DNA of 63,092 bases, filler included, from Reticulomyxa filosa (lineage: Eukaryota; Protista; Foraminifera): the NCBI GenBank assembly GCA_000512085.1. It is 24 parts of 24 records of this genome, joined end to end, with 100 filler letters (N's around TTAATTAATTAA, not from the genome) between each part and the next. Parts side by side here need not be neighbours in the genome. Positions count along the whole stretch, not along the records: positions 47,297 to 55,370 come from ASPP01050195.1; positions 55,471 to 57,068 come from ASPP01038191.1; positions 57,169 to 61,060 come from ASPP01014866.1; positions 61,161 to 63,092 come from ASPP01018855.1; 20 more parts are not named here. One strand, 5' to 3'. Below the pieces are notes generated by a model. The model ran no database searches, had not been told where the DNA came from, and was given only the letters and a program-made list of their open reading frames with translations. The position numbers were made by a program, and so were the translations under genes. Shown here piece by piece: positions 51,686 to 63,092 of the stretch. Position 1 is the stretch's first letter. Every line of letters starts with the position of its first letter.

Positions 51686-54600
51686 CTACTTCTCTCGCTA
51701 CGTAATATTGATCTTAATGTTCGGTGACGACGCATATGTCTTTTATTTGTTTAGATCCATAAGGATTTATTTACTTTTTTTTTTGCTATTAAATTCAACA
51801 AGAAACTTCGCATAAACATTTTTGAGTTCGTTGATGCAGATTTAAGCACTAAATTGTCCTTGACGTGATATTTAACAAAAATTATCAATTTCATTCATCA
51901 ATAAAAATTAAAATGAGATATTTAACAATTCACAGAGAAAATAAACTATTGTAAAGATATACAAGTCAAATACTAAAAAAGCCTTTTTTTTTGGTCTACG
52001 GTATTTTTTGCAACAATTGTAATCAATCATTTCACAGACATAAAATCATTCAAGAAATTACCAAAAAGTGTACACAACGATTGATGAAAAATATTTATTA
52101 TTTGTCACTTATTCGAAAAACAAAACTAATGTGTTTGATTTAAATACAATCCGATTTATTGCAATTGAATACAATTCCATAGTCTTCTATTAAAGTCAGA
52201 AAATGGGCAAGATATAATAAAAACGAAGGAAAGTAAAGTGATGCTGTTCTGTCAAAAAAGGGATAATCAGTTAACAATGATAAAAACAGCGATTCTAAAC
52301 TATATTTTTGCAATAATTGTACTTTATTATTATGCAAAAGCTTAAATCAATTATATCGTTGATCAACATATTCGATACATCAGTTAAAGCAATGTTCAGC
52401 TTACAATTAAATATTTGCAGCTGACTTCTGTAAGCTCAACATTATAAAATAAATTTACAATGTAATTTCCAAAAAAAATTCAACTGGTTCTTACTAAAAA
52501 AAATAAAAAAAACCAAGTAATGAAAAATCGAAAAAGAAAGATTTAAATCTTCAGTCGCCGTCAGAGCTAAATTTTTCTTTTTGATTTTGTCTTACTTGCT
52601 TTTTTTCAAAGCGAAACTTGGTTGGATTGTGTGATGTTTAGTCTTGGAGTACTGTAATGAATGATAAGTCAAGAACTAAGTGCTTATAAAAGGAACTAAG
52701 TATTGATAACAAAATGAAAACATGTAAAAAAATTTCAAATGACCAAACCAATTTGGGACGATATGCAAATGAATTGCCAACACATTGGTGAAATTCTGTT
52801 GAAAAAAGTTTGATATTGCATAGAGTTAGATTGTGATCAGTTTTGAATGTTTTATGTCAACATATTTTTCAGTGTCAATTGTATGATTTGATTGTCTGTG
52901 AAATTGACCAAGTGACTGTAATTGTCGAATTCATTTAATATATTACTTTAAGCATTTGCATATTACATTATGAATGTATGTTTATAATATCTATCAAAAG
53001 ATAACAATGTGATTTCATTACTATCTTTTTTGTTGTTGTTAATGTTAATGAATTTTTTTATTAGTTTAAAAAAAGGGGATTTAACATGACCCTTTTAAAA
53101 AATAACGAAATGTATTTTATTAAATTATTCAAGCAAAAACTTGGTTCTTGAAATAAAATTTAAATTGAGATTGAAAATCTATTTAAGTCAATTCAACTTT
53201 TAATTTAGAAATTTTAAATTGCAACAGAATCTGAAAAAAGATACTAAATTTTATTATCATGCATACTGATTTTTGAAAGTATTCTATATTTCATTTGTAT
53301 ATTTTTGACACGTATCTTTTTCTGACAAAATCCACTCCAGAAAAAACTAGATTAAAATTAAAATAAAATGTTGTACATTTTATCATGTTATGTTGCAAAA
53401 ATTCTCTCTTCAATAATTTCTACTTACAAATTGTCGTATCCCAAGAGTTGTGTTATCATCTAAAGAAATATTAATCCACGCTTTGTGCATAAAATATCTT
53501 TTACGATAAAGTAATTTGAAAAAGAAGTACACAAAATCATTCAACTATTCCAGATTAATTCATGAAATATCATTTGTGAATTTATGTTTACGCAGTTTTA
53601 ATGTTTCAAAGTCGTATATTCAAATTTTTTACTCTTCAAGCTTAGCAAAGCAATAATCAGTTTAAAAACAAGGAACAGACACATTTAAAGTTTAAAAGTT
53701 GTATTAAATTACACTTTATTTCAACATTAAAGTTCCTTTCTTGTTTTCATACGTTCTTCAAAACTACAAAAAAGTTGTTTTTAAATTTTTTTGAAAACCA
53801 CATTCATTGCCCTTGATAGTAAAAAAAGCTCAATATCTTCCATTTTACGTCGTCAAAAACGATCTCAAGCAAAAAACAAAATGACAACTCTATTGATGAT
53901 AAGCAAACTTCAATACAACTACAGTATAATGCAAAGTAAAGTGACACATAAAACGACACCTTATATAGATGATTGATTTTCTTCATGAAAAGACAACATT
54001 CAGACATAATTTTTTTAAAAAATATCTACAAATCGTGTAGTTTTTAAATATCATTTTGTACAAATATGAACTGATTAGTTTGATTATAACAATAAACAAA
54101 AAAGATTTGGCTAAATACTTTTTAATGAACAGTTATTTAAAAGAATAAAATTAAACCTGATTTTTTCGTTTTTATGAAATATAAAGATACAAAGCTTATA
54201 CCATTATGAAGAGAGGTAAGTGAATCGTATACTAATATATTGCGTCTCTTAGATCATATTTATTGTTTTGCTCTCTCGTTTTGTAGTGTAAATCACGCCG
54301 TAGGAATCATAATTGACTCTAAAATTGCGTCAAGCGGGTCATCCTTTCTTTTAACAGTTTCTACTTATTGCTTAAGTAACAAGATACGCTAAATTCTCTC
54401 GCAATATCTGACACTTCTTGTATAGTTTTGAAAAAGTTTTCTTTTGTATTTCGGTTTTCAATGAACTAGTTGCAAAAGTTGTACAGAGTTTAACAACTGC
54501 GAAAGATATCAGTAGACTCAATCGGTTTAAGCTATTCACTAGTCTTGAAAATTCTTACAGTCACTTGCGTAAATTGAAATTGTTGTACTATGATACTATC

Positions 54601-54720
54601 TAATAGTGTTACCTTTTATCCGGTGTACTCCTTGTTATGCACTGTGTGTTTTAGTTTGTACGTCGGCAAACAAGAGGGGGATATATAAAAATTTTCCTTG
54701 GCGTCAAAATTGGAAAAAAA

Positions 54721-55230
54721 ATGTTTACTCTTACTTTGGAAGATTATGATATTTCACCAAAATATGGCTTTTTACGGGATATTCCTCCCTTGAGAAGACT
54801 CCCTTTGGCAAAGTACGAAGTGTGGGAAGAGATAGTGGACAAGTTGTCCCAGTACATAACGACTCAAACTCTGAAGAGCAGAGTTGATGAGCTTCCATAT
54901 TTCAGCAGTATTGAGGATTTGCTGAACAGCGACAAGCGCGTGAAACAAAGGGCATTGGTAGTACTGTGTTACCTGGCCAATGGTTACATCTACGAGCCAT
55001 TGGTATCGAAAGTGGCAAAGCAATCGGGGCCACGAACAAGACTGCCAAAGCAATTGGCGGTGCCATTGTACACGCTCTCCTCGCACCCGTCAATGAGCGT
55101 GTCCCCCGTCCTAAGACACGAGTTGTGTGTACTGAATAACTATCATCTGCTCCGGCCAATTAAATTTGGAGATCACTCCCCCTACGACATAAACAACCTG
55201 GCATTGAACACGGTCTTTTTAGGCGGAATA
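54721..55230 (+). CDS. IDO: Indoleamine 2,3-dioxygenase family protein, first exon, 3' partial
   Basis: LEDYDISPKYGFL, PPLRRLP, YEVWEEI, QRALVVLCYLANGYIY, LPKQLAVPL, PVL, VLNNY, NL, FLGG. Confidence 0.85.
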
Positions 55231-57168
55231 GGTACTGACTGCAAGTGTGTGTGTGTGTGTATGTGTTTACGTGTAGTTAACCATCGCATGCACACATATA
55301 TACATATATGTACATATATGTACACATATGTATATATATGTATATATATAAATATATATATATATATATANNNNNNNNNNNNNNNNNNNNNNNNNNNNNN
55401 NNNNNNNNNNNNNNTTAATTAATTAANNNNNNNNNNNNNNNNNNNNNNNNNNNNNNNNNNNNNNNNNNNNAAAGAAGTAAAAGATTAACTTTAGGCAACT
55501 TAGAAGACGAGAGACGCTGTAATTCTTGGCACGAAAGTAAAAGGATAATCCAATCTACATTTTTGTGTGCTTGTTGTAGCACGTTGTATTGGCTTTTTTT
55601 TTAACATTGAGTCTTGCAGAAGTGAAAGAACAAGATTTTTTTTTGGTATTATTTGCAAGAGTAATATAATGACAATAATTTTACTAACAAAACAAATTGC
55701 TTGGCATGCTGTATTGCGAGACATCTGTTAGGGTATTTTTAAAAAATAAGGTCAATGGACGTAGAATCTGTAGTTCAAATCAATTTGTTGATCTATTAGT
55801 AAAACTAGGCTTTGATAATTTGTGATTTGGAAATTTTATCTTGGCATGTCGTGTCATACACCAAACCTTGCAGTCCCAACAACGTCAGACTATTCATTAT
55901 TGTTCTTACAGCTGTGATTCCATAGACAAACACACAGTCTTTTCCTATGACTTCATAGTGGGCCATCTTTGGAAAAAAATGTATTTAAATACACTCATTA
56001 GTTGCACATTGTCCTAAAGTGAATAACTATGCAGCTGGTCATATTATGGAAAAATTAAAAGGAAATTGATAATGTTAAAGATTTTTTGTTAGAAGGAGTT
56101 GCAAAAGAAAGATCAAAACGAATATGAAGAGTTGTAAAAAAAGAACTTCATTTTTTAAATCAATCCTTATGACACATAAGCCATTGAAATATTTCGTCAC
56201 CGAAATAAGGGATTTGCAGAACAATCATATTCATCTGGTTGGCTCCCAATACGTACGGATATGAGGGTGTGGGAAAACAATAATGTCAAGGTATAAACCA
56301 AATGTAGAATGACAAAACTCATGCAATATAAATGTTTTTAATTGATGTGAAACATCACATATCCCATTTTCGCAAATCCCCACTGCATTGTCAAAAAAAT
56401 TAGGATGAGATATCAATTAAAAAAAATAACAAATGACTGATATTTTAAAAAGGTGTTGTACAATTCAATGCATCATGTTTTCTTTGTTTTATTATTCTAT
56501 TTGAAACTACATTATCACTGTTTACACAAATGTAATGAAATAATACATTTCGCATTTCTAAAAAAAATAAATGGGCAAAAGAAAACGAAGGGCTAGAGAA
56601 ATTAATTTTATGAAATAGCTGCATTGTTTCAAAATATGTTTATATACTTAATGGCAGGCAATGAAGTAATTCAACAATAATAAAATTAGATTTGTACGTT
56701 GCAATCGTTTTACACTTTTTTTTTTTTGATTGCGTGAGAAAAGCGATCATCTCAAAAAAATTGATTGGCACTTATTTAAGTTGTGCAAAAAATTTCAACA
56801 AAATTTTTATTACAAATAATGTCTTAAAAAAAATTTATAAAATTTTACTTTAGAAATTATTGTATTTGATCCAAAGATAAAATATTAATACGTAATGAAA
56901 GAGGATACGTGATTAAATATTAGTAAAAAATTAAAATATTTACTTTTTTTTTTAACAACAACATTATCCCTCATCCAAAATTAACTGGGAATAAGACCAA
57001 TTGTTTATCATTGCGTTCTTATATCCAATTTTTTGTAACAATATTCACTCTTTGCCTACACAAACAGANNNNNNNNNNNNNNNNNNNNNNNNNNNNNNNN
57101 NNNNNNNNNNNNTTAATTAATTAANNNNNNNNNNNNNNNNNNNNNNNNNNNNNNNNNNNNNNNNNNNN

Positions 57169-57205
<37 letters not shown>

Positions 57206-57254
57206 TACGTATTGTGTAGTTAGGATAAAAAGAGAAAGAAAAAACGCGTAAGAC

Positions 57255-58218
57255 GGACCATCATCGGATCCGGTGACAAAGGCGAATGGAGTAGGAAACC
57301 AAGACACCACGTTAATATCCGAAGTCCCATAAAAAGTATGGACAGCTTTGTATTCCCTACAATCCCACACTTTGCAACGCTTATCAACGGAGCCGGACAA
57401 AAGAATTGTTTGTGAAGACATGGCACCTCCTGCCACGTCTTGCATAAAACAGGCGTCCGTGCGTGGGGACAAACTAATGCAACACACGTCCTGTTCATGT
57501 CCGATAAACTTGTGGAGCTGTGTCTGCTTGTCCACATCCCACGAAATAATCGTGCCGTCACCGGAGCAAGTGAACACCAACGAATCACCCACAAACTCAA
57601 TTCGAGGAATGTACCCGTCATGTCCCATCAATTCCATCGTCGGCTTGTACGTATCACGAGGCTGCACCCCATTCACCAAATTCGACTCTCGAACGTCCCA
57701 CACACTGCATACATTGTCCAACCCTCCTGTCGCTAGCAAACTGCCTACATATAACAAAAAAAGGCAAGTTCAGCACATTGCATTATTCGTATATTTACAT
57801 CATATTTTTTAAAAAAATACGTATACAATGTGAGAGGGTTATTGAAAAGCTACATAGCATACACAGACACACTCACAAACGCCAAGAGATACACATTATT
57901 TTTTTTTTAAAAAAAAAAAAACTAAAACACACACACACACCTGAGGGACTGTATCTAACGGTCATAGCAAATTCATTTTTCAAAGCGATGGCATATTTTT
58001 TATTTTGAGTAATGGGGTCCCAAATCAATAGCAGACTGTCCCTAGCAACGCTTGCCAGGTCTCCAGTGATGGGATTCCAGTCCACGGAAGACGGTCTCTG
58101 GCGATGTCCTTTCAACACTTTGATACAATTCATTCGTAAGTCAGATATACCAATGTAATGAGTTAATTTTTTTTTTTTTTTCGCAAGCAACAGGTCATGG
58201 TTATTATTATTGTTATTA

Positions 58219-58254
<36 letters not shown>

Positions 58255-58382
58255 GGAAACAACCGCCCTTCCACAGGTTTCTTTTCGGAATTATCTTCTT
58301 TTTTTTTAATATCTTCATCATAACGACCATGCATTGAATCGTGGTCATTACGACTATTCTTCAAGTTAAGGTCATGACTAGG

Positions 58383-58421
<39 letters not shown>

Positions 58422-59084
58422 GTCATTGTGATTGGAATAATGATTCGAATTGTAAGTAACATTTGTATTGGCAGAAAAAGCGAGAGGATGAGATGGTCTC
58501 TTGCCTCCCCCTCCCGGCCCAAGTCCAAGTCCAAGCCCAAGTCCAATGGTCCTCAGTGCCACGTTCGAGTACTTGGTGTCGTCATTCACGTGTTGCAAAA
58601 ACGAGTGTACATTCGCAGCGTGTTTACTTGCTATCATTTGCCTCAGTTCCAACAACGACTTGTTGTCGTACTTTTGCTCGGTGCTCCCGCCATATCTTTT
58701 CTCCATATTTAGACTTAGATTCAGGTTCAAGTTCAAACTCGAGTTTGGATTTCCATTTGGATTAGGGTTCATGTTCGGACTTGCGATTGACCCTTGGCTT
58801 GTGTTGGTATGTGTATGCTCTTTGTCTTCGACCGGCGACTCATCTTTCACTTCTTTGTACGGTAAAGATCCACTTTTCGACAACTTTTTGTCCGGTCCTC
58901 CTACACTTTTCGATCGCTGCTGCAGGTAGCTTTGTGGTTCCTGTTCACTAGGATATGTCCCTTTTTTCACTTCCTCTTTTTCCTTCTTTTCGTTCTTCGT
59001 GCTGTCTGCCCTTTGCGTGCCAGTCTTTGCTACCTCTTGCAAATGAAATGGCCTTGTGTTTTCTTTGTCCATATTTTCTTCCAT
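57255..59084 (-). CDS. Divergent heterotrimeric G-protein beta subunit with ~315-aa N-terminal extension; intron ~57940-57747; 3' partial
   Basis: LKGH, LLIWDPITQNKKYAIAL, AMTVRYSPSG, GGLDNVCSVW, ELMGHDGYI, SGDGT, GHEQDV, SDIN, AFVTGSDDG, in G-beta order. Confidence 0.85.
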
Positions 59085-59874
59085 TTTTTTTTTTTTCCTG
59101 AGTTTATTTCAACCACAAAAAGTTACTGCATGCAATTTATTTTTTGAATATAAAAAGGGAATTGAAACTTCTCTCGTTTTTTTTTTCCTCTTACTGAAAA
59201 AAAATAAAAATATGCGCAGCACGAAGCTTCATTGAAATGCCTTTTTTTAAAAAAATAGAAAAAAATTGTACAAAATCTGTTTGGGATATTTTTTAATTTT
59301 TCTATTTTACGGAACTCTGCAAACAAGGAGACAATTTAAAAACTGAGAGTTAACAGCTCTAAAAATTAGTTATTCGTGATTTGTAAGTGTTATTTGCCAC
59401 AAACTGTGCAATTTTCATAGACTTTATACTGAATAGATCGCGCCAATATCGTTTACTTTGTCTTTGTGTTCTTTTTTTAATTGTTTGCATCTACTTTTTA
59501 CAATTGTTTTGTTTTAATATCAAGTTTTTAAAAAATGTATAAACTTAGTTCTTAAAATTTATTATCTCAATGTTATCACACAAGGACAGAATAAGTATTG
59601 ATATTACCAATTGCTATATTTATTTTATACTTTTTGAAGAGTCAAAGGATGGATATCTTTGATATGCTATTCACGACCTTTTTCTACGCTGGTTTTGTAG
59701 CAACTCTGGATTTAAAAGTTTGCTTATTATTTGCAATACACTCTAAAAAATAAAATTGTAAAAAGTGAAGTAAGGCTTTTCTGTGTTGACACTGCACCAG
59801 AAAAGAACAACAAAAAAAGGGTTAACTTTGACTAGAATTTATTATATTTAGACCTTTGTTGTTTGCATCGAAGA

Positions 59875-61040
59875 ATGCCACCAAAGCAAGTAAAAGGAAA
59901 GAAGAAAGGCGGAAAAAAGAAAATGTGAGCAATTTTTCATTTTAAAAAAAATTACATATAAGTAAAAGTGAAACATTTTTTTCGCTTTTTTTTAAACAGT
60001 CAAGACGCCTTCTTGAAAAAGGAATGGTATGTAGTCAAAGTACCAAAATTCATTGACATGAAAGATGAGGAATTCAAGTACCGTGTAGGTTACACCCCAG
60101 CCAAGAAAGGCGGTGCCAAAAGTTAATCATAAACTGTGCAATAATTTTTTTTGTTTGATTCTAAAAAAGTCTTGACTAACTTTGGTGTTTGTTTTTTAAA
60201 ATATTCTCTCAATCAGAGCAATTGGAAGGTCGTACTTTCACAATCAATTTGGCTGACTTAGAAGAGCCCCCAAAAATTAAAAAGGCAGATCACGAACGCG
60301 AACGCAACCGTAGACCGAACCGTAATGATTGCAAAAACTTTTCCTTTGTAGCAGAAGAAGTTTAGACATTGACACATTTTTTTCCCCCACATGAGTCGTT
60401 TTTTTTTGTAAAATATATCTCGCCTCTACTTGTTTTCAAAAAAATAATTTTTTTTTTGGACCACTGGGACGGCATTTCGCATCTTTTTTCTTGTTGAAAA
60501 AAAATAATTGAAAACGTGTTATTAAAAAAAAAACAAGGTTCATGGCCAACAATTACTGACACAATGGAGTGGCATGGAGATCACAAGAAACTATCGTTGT
60601 TCATTGATCCGCAAATGGCATAGCATGGTTGAATGCATATTGGACGCAAAGACCACAGACGGTTATGTTTTGCGAATAAAAGCTGTAGCATTTACACGAA
60701 GACAACCAGAACAAGTCAAAAAAACTTGTTATGCCAAAAACTCGCAAGTTTTGTCATCTGGTTTCTCCTTTCTTTTTTTTAAATGCTTTTTTTCTTTTGG
60801 GTAAAACCTTAATTCCTAAAAGAAGACATTGACTGCATCGGATATATGTTGTTGATGCAAATGATGTACTTGAGAGTGGAGAAGAAATAATCTCAAAAAA
60901 AAAAAGAAAAACTCATGAGTTGAAAAAGGGATCGCATTTTGTTCATTGCTTTTATGATTAAAAATGCTTATGGGTTGTGTTGTGAAAAAGAAAAAGAATT
61001 CGTACTCGAATGCGCGAAGTTATTCGCAACCACGTGTCGT
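59875..61040 (+). CDS. RPS3A: 40S ribosomal protein S3a (eS1), 4 introns, 3' partial
   Basis: DAFLKKEWYVVKVP, LEGRTFTINLADL, LTQWSGMEITR, SLIRKWHSMVE, KTTDGYVLR, QVKKTCYAKNSQ, IRTRMREVI. Confidence 0.93.
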
Positions 61041-61140
61041 CTGAAGATTTGAAAGGAGTGNNNNNNNNNNNNNNNNNNNNNNNNNNNNNNNNNNNNNNNN
61101 NNNNTTAATTAATTAANNNNNNNNNNNNNNNNNNNNNNNN

Positions 61141-63092
61141 NNNNNNNNNNNNNNNNNNNNGTAATAGTTACCCCCCTTCGCAGTAACTCCCAATTTTGTT
61201 AATACTACATTATTTGAGACATTGATATAATAATCCTTTTTACTACCCAAATCATCATCTGTTATCAATGCATACGTCTTGGCTACATTTTCGTTTCCCC
61301 TCTCCATGTGTATTTGCACTGCCACCTTGCTATCCGAATTGACTGCTGTGTTTGTGAGATTCACGTTTGATAAATGATGATGATGATTATTATTCTGATC
61401 ATGGTTGTGTGGTGTGGATGAAAGGTATACGTTATTTGATTCCATTTGTGTTTTCGATATAGGAAGTTGGGAGGTGTCGCTGTCAGCATCTGCTGTATAT
61501 GTCATACAGGATGCCCGCGGGTCCGCCAACTCCTCGGTGAAATGAAATTTGTCGTCTGGCCTCGAGGTTGGATGTGAGGATGTCCTCGATGTCGCTTGTG
61601 AAGGATAGTTGTGCCGCTGTTGTTCGCAAGGGGCTTGCTCTAATATAATATAATGTTGCGTTGCCGACTGTCTGGTAGTGTCCGTGGAACGTTCGGTTGC
61701 TGATGATTGAATTGGTAAATAACTCGGGGGCCGCAATTGGGTTGGACTCACGTTTTCGCATAATAGACTTGGTGTCTTGATCGACCGCAACAGGGGGGCC
61801 TGCTGATGATTCTCTTCACGACGGGGTTTCATGCCTACCGGGTTGGGAGCATTAATAACAGGAGTGGAATGTTCGGTGACAAAAGGCAGGCTACGCTGAA
61901 AGTCAATATTACGCTGCGTTGCATATAATGGTTCGACTTGGCCGATGTCAACTTTCGGAGTTGAACATGGGGTTGATATGTCGTTGCCTGGAACGATATT
62001 GTCAGTTTCTAAGGCCCGTGATACATCTCGAACAATTACCTTGGCTACGACTTTTGTCTGGATCTTTATGTCTTTCGCATCACAGCGCAGCCTCTGTGAT
62101 AACATTTGATCGATTTGGTCCCTACGACTACGAATTTGGGGGCTTTGCGTTTTTGAGTCCTTGTCACGATTGGTGCTATTCATATAACGGGAATTTGTGT
62201 TCCTGGAGGGGAGCCTTCTAGTGGCCGGATTTGAGACCACAGCCAGGTCCGTGTCTGAGCCAACGGGACTTGTCTCGAAATGGACATGCTCGGTAGAATC
62301 CCACTTCTCATTCTCGACGCACTCATTGTCCTTGCCTCTAGGGCACTCCGGACTTGGTAGCACCACTTGCTGGTTCGATTGCGACGAATAGCACGGCTGT
62401 TGGTTTCCGGTGAATGGCTGTACCGGTTGTGGATCATTACTTTCCGACATTAACTGAGGATTTTTCTTGGCGGCCCCGGAATGCGGTTGTTCCACGACAG
62501 TGACACAACTTGTAACGATCGACCCATCTGTGACATTGCTGCGAATTCCTACAGGTACGGCCAATTGGATTGAATGGTTTGCATTAGTATCACTACGATT
62601 GGAATTTGCCTCCTCGACTTCGCTTCTTTCGAATTGATGTTGTTGTTGTTGCTGCTGGGGGCTCCCGCAAGACAAAGTGTCAATGGGTTGGGTGACAGTG
62701 GGTGTTCTCTTGACAATTTCTTCACCTAACACTTGGAAGTTCCATACAATTGGGGTTGATGAGAGAGGCACAGTTGAACCATCTGTGTTGCCCGCAGTCT
62801 CATTCTTGACCTGTCCATCTGATTGTGATGTTTTGACTTGCTTTTGTTTTGTTCCTCCAGTTTCTTCTTCGATCAATCGGATTTTTCGCACCACCTCAAA
62901 AAATACTTCTTCAATGTAAATTTTGTCTTTGGCACTTGTTTCGAAGAAGGCACAATATTCTCCCCATTTTTGAGCCAGTGCTTGTCCTTCCTTACTTTGA
63001 ACTTGTCGGCTTTGGGTCAAATCACATTTGTTACCAATTATTATGATCGGTACATTGTCCATTTCTTTAACTCCAACAATTTTTTCACGCCA
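61141..63092 (-). CDS. Ras/Rap-family small GTPase C-terminal half fused to a long low-complexity tail; partial at both ends
   Basis: VPIIIIGNKCDL (G4), FFETSAK (G5), EEVFFEVVRKI, then >570 aa of open frame. Confidence 0.8.

Noticed and set aside
51700-54700. Short ORFs in the AT-rich intergenic region and in 55471-57068
   Set aside because: No recognisable motifs or consistent gene structure.
4089-61140. TTAATTAATTAA repeated between N runs, and ORFs ending in X..N or LIN
   Set aside because: Artificial concatenation linker, not a biological repeat. Gene neighbourhoods across it are meaningless.

Overview
This is AT-rich, intron-containing eukaryotic DNA, and it is not one continuous locus. 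It consists of 24 short contigs joined by 23 artificial 100-nt linkers (N44-TTAATTAATTAA-N44), so adjacency across linkers has no biological meaning. Gene content and style suggest a rhizarian/foraminiferan genome such as Reticulomyxa (inference): short GT-AG introns full of T/A and TA/CA runs, lineage-type WD40, NACHT and 7TM families, kinesin and LINE relics, and many homopolymer frameshifts. Recognisable genes or fragments are a DCD-domain protein, a SET (SETD3/Rubisco-LSMT-like) protein, an RCC1+TBC Rab-GAP, a VARP/ANKRD27-like protein, a multi-CAP-Gly protein, AP-4 mu, a WD40 protein, TRAPPC8, an ankyrin-CaaX protein, a 7TM protein, Nup107, IDO, a divergent G-beta, RPS3A and a Ras/Rap GTPase with a long tail. 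Pseudogenes include a kinesin, a mercuric-reductase-like oxidoreductase, a NACHT protein and LINE EN/RT fragments. The most striking structure is an intron-retaining kinesin pseudogene bracketed by ~140-bp inverted repeats that carry tRNA-like Pol III motifs (28514-30000), a candidate tRNA-ended gene-capture/amplification unit. Also notable are repeated Tc1/mariner-like termini, a candidate intronic C/D snoRNA and A-rich 3' splice sites. All family calls come from motif recognition by eye; no searches were run.
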